Below are positions 1 through 11,299 of a DNA stretch of 64,000 nt, piece by piece. The first letter of the stretch is position 1. Each line of letters opens with the position of its first letter. The notes beneath the pieces are model-generated. The model ran no database searches. It was not told the origin of the DNA and saw only the letters and a list, made by a program, of their open reading frames with translations. A program made the position numbers and the translations under genes. Source of the DNA: Octopus sinensis (lineage: Eukaryota). The DNA lies in assembly GCF_006345805.1 (NCBI RefSeq), contig NC_042997.1, positions 82,212,001 to 82,276,000 on the forward strand, in the 5' to 3' direction.

Positions 1-1445
1 TACCGATTCTACGACAGACAAGACCACGACAACCATCAAATCCACCATTGACAATCCCTGTACCAAGGAGAATATTGACGCCGGTAAATTCTATTTCGCT
101 CATCCGAACAAAAAGTTCTTTATTCAATGTAACAAGTGGGGTACTTACTTTGTAATGCCGTGTGCACCCGGTACAATCTGGTCACAAAGCGCCTATACCT
201 GCATTGCAGATTATAGCAACGTTAACAACAATGTTAAAACTTAACATACCGTTTCTACGACAGACAAGACCACGACAACCATCAAATCCACCATTAACAA
301 TCCCTGTACCAAGGAGAATATTGACGCCGGTAAATTCTATTTCGTTCATCCAACAAAAATGTCTTTATTCAATGTAACAAGTGGGGTACATACTTTGTAA
401 TGCCGTGTGCACCGGGTACAATGTGGTCACAAAGCGCCTATACCTGCATTGTAGATGATAGCAACGTTAGCGACAACAATGTTAACACTCAACATACCGA
501 TTCTACGACAGACAAGACCACGACAACAAACAACTCCACCATTAACAATCCCTGTACCAAGGAGAATATTGACGCCGGTAAATTCTATTTCGCTCATCCA
601 AACAAAAAGTTCTTTATTCAATGTAACGAGTGGAGTACATACTTTGTAATACCGTGTGCACCGGGTACAATGTGGTCACAAAGCGCCTATACCTGCATTG
701 CAGATGATAGCAACGTTAACAACAATGTTAACACTCAACATACCGATTCTACGACAGACAAGACCACGACAACCACCAAATCCACCATTAACAATCCCTG
801 TACCAAGGAGAATAGTGACGCCGGTAAATTTTATTTCGCTCATCCGAACAAAAAGTTCTTTATTCAATGTAACCAGTGGGGTACATACTTTGTAATGCCG
901 TGTGCACCGGGTACAATGTGGTCACAAAGCGCCTATACCTATTTCTTTACTACCCACAAGGGGCTAAACACAGAGGGGACAAACAAGGACAGACAAACGG
1001 ATTAAGTCGATTACATCGACCCCAGTGCGTAATTGGTACTTATTTAATCGACCCCGAAAGGATGAAAGGCAAAGTCAACCTCGGCGGAATTTGAACTCAG
1101 AACGTAGCGGCAGACGAAATACCGCGAAGCATTTCGCCCGACGTGCTAACGATTCTGCCAGCTCGCCGCCTTTTCTGCTGCATTGCAGATGATAGCAACG
1201 TTAACAACAACAATGTTAGCAATCAACAGACCATAGCTACGACTGGGGGAAACCCCGAACACCACCAAATCCACCATTAACAATCCCTGTACGAAGGAGT
1301 ATTTTACCGCTGGTAAATTTTATTTTCACTTCCAAATAAAAATTTATTTATTCAATGTACAGAATTCGCTACATACTTTGTAATGCGTGTGCGGAAGGAA
1401 CATGGTGGTCACAAAGGACATATGCATTGATTCATAATTTATAAA
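1..1445 (+). pseudogene. 3' exon of a chitin-binding (CBM14/peritrophin-A-like) repeat gene, at least 5 tandem ~246-bp units, disrupted; runs off the window start
   Basis: NPC codons start at 53, 299, 547, 793 and 1282. Each unit encodes NPCTKENIDAGKFYFAHPNKKFFIQCNxWGTYFVMPCAPGTMWSQSAYTC plus a Thr/Asn-rich linker. Lesions: CAA>TAA stop at 242-244, 1-nt deletion near 352, SINE insertion at 941, further frameshifts in the last unit. Confidence 0.8.
941..1170 (-). mobile_element. tRNA-derived SINE (main family, GGCGGCGAGCTGGCAGAATCGTTAGC head)
   Basis: Reverse complement matches the copy at 19889-20120. It splits GCCTATACCT|GCATTGCAG in repeat unit 4. Confidence 0.9.
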
Positions 1446-2624
1446 AGCGAATTACCAAACTATTATGCTCGACACCATGCTATGTTTGTTCATTCGAACT
1501 ATAAATGCGTTTCTTTTAAAATATTTGTGTGTACTGCTATTATACTTTAAATTCAACCTTGTGTTTTTCTAATATAACACGTGACAAATATGATTTTGCC
1601 TATATTTTCCTATCGTAATTTCTTGCCAAAGTGTTTTTCATTATTCTTTATTTCTCATAAACGAAATGTGATGTACAAAATATGAAATGGTCATTATAAT
1701 ATCGATATTTTTACTTTCGTTTATTCACATGATTTTTCCTGCGTATTGTATAATATTCCATAAGCGAAGATGCTTTTCGCATGACGAGTCTTATGTGATT
1801 TAGAAATTGTTAGATATTTGGTATCCCTTAAGATATTTTCCGTCCACCTCCATAAAATTGTATTTCTTATGTCAAAAATTTTAAATATTGTACATAATCA
1901 GTACCTATAAATAAAATATATATTCCTATATAATTTCTTATTGTTTTCGTTTTATAATTCCTATATTCATTATTAGTGTATTGAAACACTCACATACTCA
2001 CACACATAAAAACTTTCTCACACACACTCATATAAGTATTATCTGTTTCACATAATTAATTGTGGTCATGCTGCAGCACCACTTTACATCACCTAGATTT
2101 CAGATAAATCATCCATCTAACTATGAACTACGTCCGACGTTGCTTAACTTTTATGACCGTATGAGAACCGCTGTTTTCAATGTGATATGGCCTTACTTCA
2201 AATATATATAAATAACTCGATTAATATTTTTAGAGTTCATCAGTAAGAGTTCATGCAATGAGTTTGATGAGAGAAATCTAACAACATTGGTTCTTCAAAA
2301 GTTACTGGTGTTTTCTTTGTTTTGTATCACAGAACTATATGAGTTGTACCACCACAATACTTATAATTTCATTTTTGACCAATGAGGAACATCATAACAC
2401 TTCCTGCCTTCAGATCTTAGTTTCTTTACCTTACAATTTGTACGTTTATCCCCACTGCTTCTTTTCTCATGTACATTGATGCTTAGCTGTCTCATTCAGT
2501 CATTCCGATCAGTTCTCGTCAATTCCGGCTGAAACATATTTCCGTTCCAGTTTAGATTTGGGTGTTTTCTTTATTTTGATGTCGGAGGAAAATCTATGCT
2601 CATAAATGTACACACACACACACA

Positions 2625-2627
2625 CAT

Positions 2628-2701
<74 letters not shown>

Positions 2702-2750
2702 CTCAACTTGTGCGTCTGTGTGTGTATCTGTGTGTGTGTCTGTGTGTGTC
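2625..2750. repeat. (CA)n-(TA)n-(TG)n microsatellite
   Basis: Direct reading. Confidence 0.95.
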
Positions 2751-2919
2751 CTGGCACATCTCCTCCTAGCCAACAAATCGTAGAACCACCAAAAATGAGT
2801 CACTTAAAGTTTAGGCGAATGAAAATTGAACTGCGCTATTTCTGTTCCAAAATTCTCGCAAGTGCAAAAATCGATAATGTGTTTGTTTAGGCCTTATCCC
2901 ATGCATTGAATAGTGAATT

Positions 2920-3015
2920 TTACTCAGTCAGCTGTTTGATGGGAACTGTGTTCACCACGCGTGCAAGCATGCGTAAATTGCATGAAAAATAAAAAAAGCC
3001 GGGCAATACTGCTAG
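2920..3015 (+). mobile_element. Helitron 3'-end remnant
   Basis: GCCGGGCAATACTGCTAG|T matches the terminus of the Helitron ending at 13650. Confidence 0.5.
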
Positions 3016-3498
3016 TATATATATATATAATCGTATTTGTATGGGTACATATACAAGCACACTCAAGTATAACTTCAGTGTGCTTGTATGTGAGTGAGAG
3101 ACCACGGTAGAGAATATCACTTGCTATCACTTATTCTCTCAATATAGGAACATAGAAAGCTACTAGCCTATAAATAGTCAATAGAGTGGAAAATTTAGCG
3201 TTGCGTAGACAATACATTACACTTAAAAATTCTATTGTAAATCATAAATGCAGATTAATATGTCCGGTAAAACGTTAGAAACGATTTATATTAATTAGTG
3301 ATTCAGACATTTATATTATTTTGCTCTTTTCTCATAATTCTTTTTGGATCAAACATAGTAGGGTATGAAACTGTGATCAACCTACAGTATACTGCTGGGG
3401 TGTTTTTGTACCCTTACGTTGTTCGATATTTCGCTCCATTGAGTTCAGTCCTTACTGGAATGATTAACTACTAATTTTTTATGCAATGTTAACCAGCT

Positions 3499-3663
3499 CG
3501 AATATGCCAGTGGCAAGTTCGAACTAGTAAACAAGCCATTCGCTGTGTTTTGTCATGGAGAAAATTACACGCTGTAGCAAATGGTTAGATACACCTAAAT
3601 CAGCTCGCAGCACCACTTATGAATGGCTTGTTTACGAGTTTGAACTTGCCACTGACATATTCG
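3499..3663. repeat. Inverted repeat with ~43-bp arms (MITE-like)
   Basis: 3499-3541 CGAATATGCCAGTGGCAAGTTCGAACTAGTAAACAAGCCATTC pairs with 3621-3663, with about 3 mismatches. Confidence 0.75.
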
Positions 3664-4214
3664 TTTATGCACACCACTGTTTAGCGCTCCCACCTCGCAA
3701 CTAATTTTTCAATGTATGATTTAAACGTTACAGATGCAAATTTTTAATTTCTTAAATATAAACCTAAATTTTGGTTCTGGTAAATATTGCCCTAATCCGA
3801 AAATGCAGAATATTAATGTAAATACCAGCTACTGTCTAATAATGCTTCAAAACTTTCTAAGTACATATCCAGATTATCTTTCTAATAGGAAGTCAGTTAA
3901 CCGCGTTGCTTATTCCTATAATAAAACCTCCAAAGTCTAAAAGATGTAACGCAATACATAAATAATAAACATAAGTCACATACTAATATATTTGCATAAA
4001 ATACAACTCTAATGTTCATAACAGCAAAAATAAGAAACAAAATATTATGAGAAATAATCTTCCCTAGAATCTAAATGTTTGTCGCTCCATTGTTATCAGG
4101 ATCTTCCTGAAATTTATGCATAAACATTTTCTTGCAGACTAGTGATATCATTCAATGAAAATAATTTTAAGGTGAACTAAAATTGTATCTATATCTGCAC
4201 TATCTCTATGTTCA

Positions 4215-5382
4215 GTATAAACAGAAGAGCTCTTTCAAGAATATGCGTAACTCCTTTTCTCTAAGGAATTGCAACAACCCTAATATCTACACGTGGTAGA
4301 TACCACTCTTCTGGAACTAATGGTGTAAATTTTCGTCTTCTTTTAATAGAGAAATCGATTACATAATTGTTAATATTATCATCATTAAATTCCAAATATA
4401 TTTCTATTCTAAAACAGCAATGTGCCTTTCTGAGTGTCTCAATGTAAACACATGTTGCAAAAATATATACTGAAAAACATTTCCTGTAAGTTCCTGTACA
4501 GTTGTTCTTTTTGCTTAAAGACTAAATTGATGTTTTAAAGAGAAAGAATTCCAAAAGAGTTCTTAGGGCTGTTGCAATTAATAGGATGAGAATTTTTCTA
4601 GACAACGTTTCTGAAAGCTATTCGGGGGAGTACCCAAAAGTAACCGGAAAACTTTCTCAGTGGGACAAGCTCGTTGTAGTTCAGGCTTCCGCAACTAGAA
4701 ATCACTTCATGCCACCTTCGCCTACCGGTGTCGTCGTATAGAATTGTACTTCCACATGGTGCTTCTTTGTTTTGCAGTGCTACCCCGCGGTTCGTCGATT
4801 TTTGCGATGTCTGAAACGAAGGAACACCATGATTCCGTGAAATTTTGTTTTCTGTTGAGGCAAACGGCGGCCGAAACAGTTGTCATGCTTCAAACGACTT
4901 ACAAGTTTACAAGTGATTTTCACACTTTAGGAATGGTCACTTGTCGCTTGAAGACCAACTTCGAAAATTCATGAACTGATCTTCGAGGACTGTCGCCGTA
5001 CAATTGACGAACTTGTTGATATGACGGCTGTGTCCCGCCAAAGAATGTGAGCAAGGAATTGCGAATGAAAAGAGTTGCAGCGAATTTTTTTACCTTTCTG
5101 TATAAACAGAAGAGCTCTTTCAAGAATATGCGTAACTCCTTTTCTCTAAGGAATTGCAACAACCCTAATATCTACACGTAAAAGATACCACACTTCTGGA
5201 ACTACTGGTGTAAATTTTCGTCTTCTTATAATAGAGAAATCGATTACATAATTGTTAATATTATCATCATTAAATTCTAAATATATTTCTATTCTAAAAC
5301 AGTGGTGTGCCTTTCTGGGTGTCTCAATGTAAACACATGTTACGAAGGTATATTCTGAAAAACATTTCCTGTAAGTTTCTGA
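4215..5382 (+). repeat. ~280-bp direct duplication (4215-4493 and 5100-5382)
   Basis: Both copies start GTATAAACAGAAGAGCTCTTTCAAG and end near AAAACATTTCCTGTAAGTT. Confidence 0.9.
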
Positions 5383-5900
5383 ATTGGTGTCATGAACTGA
5401 AAGAACAGTTGGAGGTTGATCCGGACCGTTTTTATAACGTCATCTTTAGTGACGAAAGCTGATGTTACGGCTACGATCCGGAAACGAGGCAGCAATCAAG
5501 TCAATGAAAGCGTTCAATCTCATCACGCCCACCACAAAAGCACGTCAAGTGAAGTCTAGTATCAAGACGATGCTGGTTTGTTTCATCGATACAAAAAGAA
5601 TTGTCCACACAGAATTTGTTCCTCCCGGTCAAACTGTTAACCAGACATGTTATTTGGCAGTTCTGAAGCATTTACGAGAAACGATGAGACACATACACCC
5701 CGACCTGGGCAAAATGGAGTGTAGTGGTCTCATCACAACAACACGCCTGTGCATACCGCCTTGAGTTTTTGACAGTTTTTGACTAAAAATGGCATAACTC
5801 GATCTTGTGCCCACCCTTCTTATTCACCTGATCTTTATCCTGCGACATTTTTTGTTCCCTCGAATGAAAAAAGACCTTAAAGGAAATCGTTTTGCAGTTG
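4625..5900 (+). mobile_element. Decayed mariner transposon interrupted by a 280-bp local duplication
   Basis: Fragments MSETKEH..VKFCFLLRQTAAETVVMLQT, DES.CYGYDPET.QQSSQ, KTMLVCFID..IVHTEFVPPGQTVNQ and FLFPRMKKDLKGNRF, with stops and frameshifts. Confidence 0.85.
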
Positions 5901-6046
5901 TTGCCCTACACTTGTCATCACTCCTAGCTAAAGTACCGTTAGTAATAAAGAAATATAATTTACTACGAGAAATAAATCGACTTTTAAATTGCTAAATCTA
6001 CCCCCTCTGTATCTGTCCTATCTGTCTCTGTCTTTTACGCCTTTCC

Positions 6047-6208
<162 letters not shown>

Positions 6209-6350
6209 CAACTTATAAACAAGAGCAAAAGAAAAGAATTCTAATGCCAAATATGCCGAAAATAGACAAATCGTCAATAACCATATAATTTATCTCTATA
6301 AGCACGCGTCTCGAAGTAAGCCGATAGAAATTTCTAAAAAAATTCCGTTA

Positions 6351-6411
6351 TTATCGTATCGGTCCCAATTTCAGAGTTAATTCATAAGAATTTTCTCCTC
6401 GTCAGCGATAA
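6351..6411 (-). ncRNA. Type I hammerhead ribozyme motif (complete core)
   Basis: Minus strand reads TTATCG-CTGACGA-GGAG AA AATTC TTAT GAATT AA CTCT-GAA-ATTG GGAC CGAT-A-CGATAA. Stems I, II and III all pair; AUA cleavage triplet. Confidence 0.75.
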
Positions 6412-6659
6412 ATTTGGTAAGAAATAAATGAAATACTTACTAATACCCATGGAAGAAGCAAACACTAAGTCATGAGCACACTTAAATACCCCAAATAAAT
6501 CCAAAATAGAAATTCGCCAGCACACCTCGAGGCACGTGCTGAAAACTCTCATAGAGAGTTTTGTATTTTGGATTTATTTGGGGTATTTAAGTGTGCTCAT
6601 GACTTAGTGTTTGCTTCTTCCATGGTATAAGTAAGTATTTCATTTATTTCTTACCTTAT

Positions 6660-6720
6660 TTATCGCTGACGAGGAGAAAATTCTTATGAATTAACTTTGA
6701 AATTGAGACCGATACGATAA
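6660..6720 (+). ncRNA. Type I hammerhead ribozyme motif (complete core)
   Basis: TTATCG-CTGACGA-GGAGAAAATTCTTATGAATTAACTTT-GAA-ATTG AGAC CGAT-A-CGATAA. Predicted cleavage after 6714. Confidence 0.7.
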
Positions 6721-6947
6721 TAACGGAATTGTTTAGAAGTTTCTATCGGCTTACTTCGAGACGCGTGCTTATAGTGATAAATTATATGGTTATTGACGAT
6801 TTGTCTATTTTCGGCATATTTGGCATTAGAATTCTTTTCGTTTGCCCTTGTTTATAAGTTGTTTATAAATTTAACCTTTAAAGGTATTTTTAATATGCTG
6901 GCCATCGATAGAGTTTTTTTCGAAAAATTTTATCCTATTTAGATATA

Positions 6948-7040
<93 letters not shown>

Positions 7041-7043
<3 letters not shown>

Positions 7044-7692
7044 AGGTACCCCCAAAGCAACCGGATTCGTTCTCTGTGCAACAAGCCTGTTGTAGTTCAA
7101 GCTTCCGCAGCTAGAAGCCACTTGATGCCACCCCCAGGCATCAGTTTGCCGACCGGTGTCGTCGCTTGAGGCCGTACTGTCATTTGGTATGTCTTTGTTT
7201 TGCAGTGTTTCTCTCCTGTTCGTGTTTTGCGATAGCTGAAACTAAGAAACCGTGAGATTCCGTGAAATTCTGTTTTCTGTTTGGGCAAACGGCGGCCAAA
7301 ACAGTTGTTATGCTTCAAACAGCTTACAAGGGTGCTGCCATGAGCAAAACACAAGTTTACGCTTTAGGAATGATCACCTGTCGCTTGAAGACCAACCTGG
7401 TTCAAGGCCAGCGTCGATCTCCCGAACGAATGAAAACATCACAAAAATTCATGAACTGATCTGGGGGGGGGCGTCGAACAATTGACGAACTTGTTGATAT
7501 GACTGGTGTGTCCTGGAGCTCCTGCCAACGAATTTTCGAATTTTGAGCGAGGAATTGCGAATGAAAAGAGTTGCAGCAAACTTTGTGTCTCGCTTGCTCA
7601 CGGAAGATCAAAAGTAGTCACAACTGAATGCGTGTCGTGAACTGAAAGAACAGTTGGAAGTTGATCCGCACCTTTTTCTGAGGTCATCACTG
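7041..7692 (+). mobile_element. 5' half of a decayed mariner, same family as 4625-5900
   Basis: Starts after (TA)n. Encodes KFCFLFGQTAAKTVVMLQTAYKGAAMSKTQVY; DNA homologous to 4625-5100 and to the ELKEQLEVDP segment. Confidence 0.85.
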
Positions 7693-7956
7693 GTATATAT
7701 ATTTACCACACGTTCTCTTACTCTTGCTGCTCTCTCTCTCCGTCTTGATATGACATGTAATTGCTTTCATTTTGTTTCAAACTTCGTCTATCTATCATAA
7801 AATGAAAGTAAAAACATTTTTATTTTCATTTTGTGATAGCTATCACGTAGGAAACGCCAACTCCTAGATCTTGCTTTTTGATTGCATAAAAATGATCAAG
7901 CTTTAAGCCTCTGTACCTCTATAATATATTCTGAAAGTTCTCTGGAATAAATGAAT

Positions 7957-7989
<33 letters not shown>

Positions 7990-7994
<5 letters not shown>

Positions 7995-8277
7995 GTGAAA
8001 AGGAACACACGAGTTGATATATATGAAAAAACAAGTCAAGATAGAAAATGCTAAAATAATTTTATAAAGAACATTTCAGTACCGGTTTCGGTCATTTTGA
8101 GACCTTTTCAACTGTAACGATTAAATAATTAAATTTAGAAAAATTAAAAGAAAAGTTTTTTTAAAGGAATATTTGTATAGTGTTCAAATATAAGTGGCAT
8201 TTTCCTTGTTTCTGCCTTTCTCTGTCTCTCTTGTTTGCACTTGTGTGTTCGAGGTCGTTGTGAACTCTTGGTTGTGT
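7990..8277 (-). mobile_element. PLE pseudo-LTR-like segment with a degenerate minimal hammerhead (8077-8114)
   Basis: Minus strand reads CAG-TTGAAAA-GGTC TCAAAAT GACC-GAAAC CG GT-A-CTG. The core is altered from CTGANGA. Confidence 0.5.
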
Positions 8278-8668
8278 AGAAGAAGAAGAAGAAGAAGAAG
8301 AAGAAGAAGAAGAAGAAGAAGAAGAAGAAGAAGAAGAAGAAGAAGAAGAAGAAGAAGAAGGATGATGAGGAGAAGGGGTGGAAAAATTTGGGAGTGCCTT
8401 GATTGTTGTACTTTGAATGGTCAGCGGCAGCTAGCTGTTGCAGTTCAATTCAGGAGAATATTTCTATTGAAAGGTTTGTTTATGGAATTTGCGTAGGTGT
8501 TATACTAAAAAGCATTAGTGATAAAGTTAAGAAGTAGGTGGAGCAGAAGAAGAAGAAGAAGAAGAAGAAGAAGAAGAAGAAGAAGAAGAAGAAGAAGGAG
8601 AAGAAGAAGAAGAAGAAGAAGAAGAAGAAGGAGAAGGAGAAGAAGAAGATGATGATGATGATGATGAC

Positions 8669-8708
<40 letters not shown>

Positions 8709-8982
8709 GTGATGTGCCTTGATTGTCGTATTTTGAATGGTCATTGGCGGCTAGCTGTTGCAGTTCAATTCAGGAGAATATTTCTATTGAAAGGTTTGTT
8801 TATGGAATTTGCGTAGGTGTTATACTAAAAAGCATTAGTGATAAAGTTAAGAAGTAGAAGGTGGAGCATAGGAAGAAGAAGAAGATGATGATGATGATGA
8901 TGACGATGTTGATGATGATGATGAAGAAGAAGAAGAAGAAGAAGAAGAAGAAGAAGGAGAAGGAGAAGAAGAAGAAAAAGAA

Positions 8983-9041
<59 letters not shown>

Positions 9042-9115
9042 CGACGATGATGATGATAATAATGATGATGATGAAGAAGAAGAGGAAGAAGAAGAAAGAG
9101 AAGGGAGAATGTGAA
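8278..9115. repeat. Tandem ~150-bp unique unit alternating with (GAA)n/(GAT)n tracts
   Basis: The block TGCCTTGATTG...GAATTTGCGTAGGTGTTATACTAAAAAGCATTAG...GGAGCA occurs at ~8395-8546 and ~8715-8868. Confidence 0.9.
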
Positions 9116-10253
9116 TGAGTGGAAGTGGTGAGGTGTTGTATGACTTGAAGTTGGCACGCTATGGATTATAGCTGTGATTGGGGCTGATTTGTAATGGATT
9201 CTTTGGAATGTAATATTTGCGTGTGTATTTGTGTTATTCTAAAGCTGAGGTGTATAAATCGTTTGTCGTAGACCCGTTAAGAAGTGGCCTGTATTTTGTA
9301 ATAAAGAGAGTTTCTTTACTTATTCGTTGTCTCGAGGTTGTATCGTCCCTGAATTGGTAGAGGGGGAAAATCCTGAAGCCTGGTGTTTTGTTGTTGGCGC
9401 AAGTATCTATGTGTTGGCTGAAAGCCATTTTTCTGTTTTGGGGAATTTTTATCTGGGATCTGTGCAGGGCCATTCTTTTACGCAAACTATTTTTTGTTTG
9501 GCCTATGTACTGCTCTTGACACCCAGAGCAGGTTAGTGTGTATATCAGGTTCTCCGAGGCACATGTGAAGTTGCTTTTCACTGTAAACCGTTGTCCCTGT
9601 TTGAAGGAGAACTCTGATCCCTCAATTAGATAATCGCATATCCCGCAATTGGGTCTTCCACATTTTTTTACTGTCGGCTTCTGTGTTGAAGAGTGTATTC
9701 GGGCTTGTGTTAGGAGACTTTTCATAGATTTAGGGTGTCTCTTGCTTTTTATGATCGTGTGTGTTTGGAAGATTGTGTTCATTCTGTGGTCTTTTTTTAG
9801 GAGGGGTATGTTTTCGAGGATGGTGCCGAAGGCTTCATTGTTGAGAGGGTTGTGTGTGGAGATATATATGGTAAGGCTTTTGGTCGTAAATTTTTCTTTG
9901 ATTTGGGATGTCTCAGTTCCTGGATGTTAAGTTGAAGGGCACGTTGAATGCATATGTCAATAAGTGAACTCCCCTTCCTCGATATCCTCATTAAGAAAGC
10001 TAATAATGTAATAGAAACAGACATATATTATAAGCCTACAGATTCTAAGCAATATCTTCCATTCAATTCATGCCACCCCAGACACACCAGAATGAATATC
10101 CCCTTCAATCTAGCAAAAAGGATATGTACTATAGTTTCTAATGCAAACACCAGAGACACACGTCTACAAGAACTAAAAGATACCCTCATCACCAGCACGT
10201 TGAATGCATATGTCAATAAGTGAAGGTGGGTAGTTCCTGGTGATGAGGGTATC
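9115..10253 (-). mobile_element. 5'-truncated Penelope-like element (end of RT, GIY-YIG endonuclease) with an internal inversion
   Basis: Minus ORF 9234-9782 has CGRPNCGIC..NLIYTLTC..CQEQYIGQT..LRKRMALH. The plus segment 9969-10194 has LPFLD..TDIYYKPTDS.QYL.F.SCHP. Confidence 0.92.
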
Positions 10254-11030
10254 AAGCACTTTCTCCAAAAGAAACTACCCTTGCTTCCTTTTTTAAGTTG
10301 TGTCAAGTAGATGAAGATGCAAGAAAGCAAGAAAACAACTTTACACACATCACCCAAGAGTTACACCTGGAGAAACAATAAATAGCACAAGAGGAAACGG
10401 CTGACGTTCTTGCAAGAATTTATAGCGTCCCCCCAAGCCAAGAAGAATGGTGCTACTTACGGCTCTTTTCGCATGAAGTACGTGTTCCCAAATCATTCTA
10501 AAATTCGAGGAGGGTAAATGGTCATGTGTGTGAAACTTATAGGGAAGCATGCTACCAACAAACTTATTTTAGAAAATGATAAGCATTGGGAACTTGCATT
10601 GACTGAAGCATCGATATCAGATTCTCCAAGGAGACTCCGTACCTTTTGTGCAATTATACTGAATATGTGTCAGCTTGGCAGTCTCCTACAGCTTTGAATG
10701 AAACATCATGAGGACATGGCTGAAGACTTAAAGTATGCAGTTCAACAGGCAAACCCAGATATCAATATTCAATTCTCTGAAACAATTTTTAACCAATCAC
10801 TGATTGAAACTGTGGATGAAGTTTTGGCCATGGGGGCGGGTAAACATTTGCAAGAGTCTGGCTCTGGACTGCCAAAAACAAACCATCAAATTAGTGATTT
10901 AACTTCAAGAGACATAGCAAGAGAGGCAAATTGTAACATCACAGACTTGGCTGCATTTATGAATGAACACGAACCTAAACTTCTTCCGGAACAACGCTGT
11001 GCAGACGATCACATTTTTTTGTTGATATAT
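10254..11030 (+). mobile_element. Decayed Helitron Rep/helicase coding fragment
   Basis: Frame-broken motifs QVDEDARK, ENDKHWELALTEAS.SDSP.RLR, MAEDL..NPD..FNQSLIE..GLP..LLPEQR. Confidence 0.8.
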
Positions 11031-11299
11031 TAATATGATATTAATATTGATATATTAATATATTGAGCTGGCTCAATATATTAACACCTTTTCGTCTACA
11101 GCGAGAAATTTTCTCCGTGACAAAATACAGGGAATGGCTTTCTTACGGGTTCGAATATCCCTCAAGCATATTTAAGATGGCAACAAGTTTGTAAAGATTC
11201 GTAATGTCTAAAACTTCTTAGAGTCAGTTTTGATTTAATACTCTGGTATAATTTTTCGACAGAGTTCAGATCAAAATTGTGCCTTTATCAAAAACATCT

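Noticed and set aside
53-940. Regularly spaced repeats resembling a CRISPR array
   Set aside because: The 246-bp coding tandem units have no unique spacers; the context is eukaryotic and no cas genes are present.
2505-2545. CCGATCA...GAAACATAT hammerhead remnant
   Set aside because: The core and stems are too degenerate to support a call.
2509-2890. YIYIYI / VCVC ORFs (also at ~6035-7169, 16527-17648, 38505-39393)
   Set aside because: Translations of dinucleotide and tetranucleotide microsatellites.
8194-9157. Poly-R/K/M/H/L ORFs
   Set aside because: Translations of (GAA)n and (GAT)n tracts; no gene structure.
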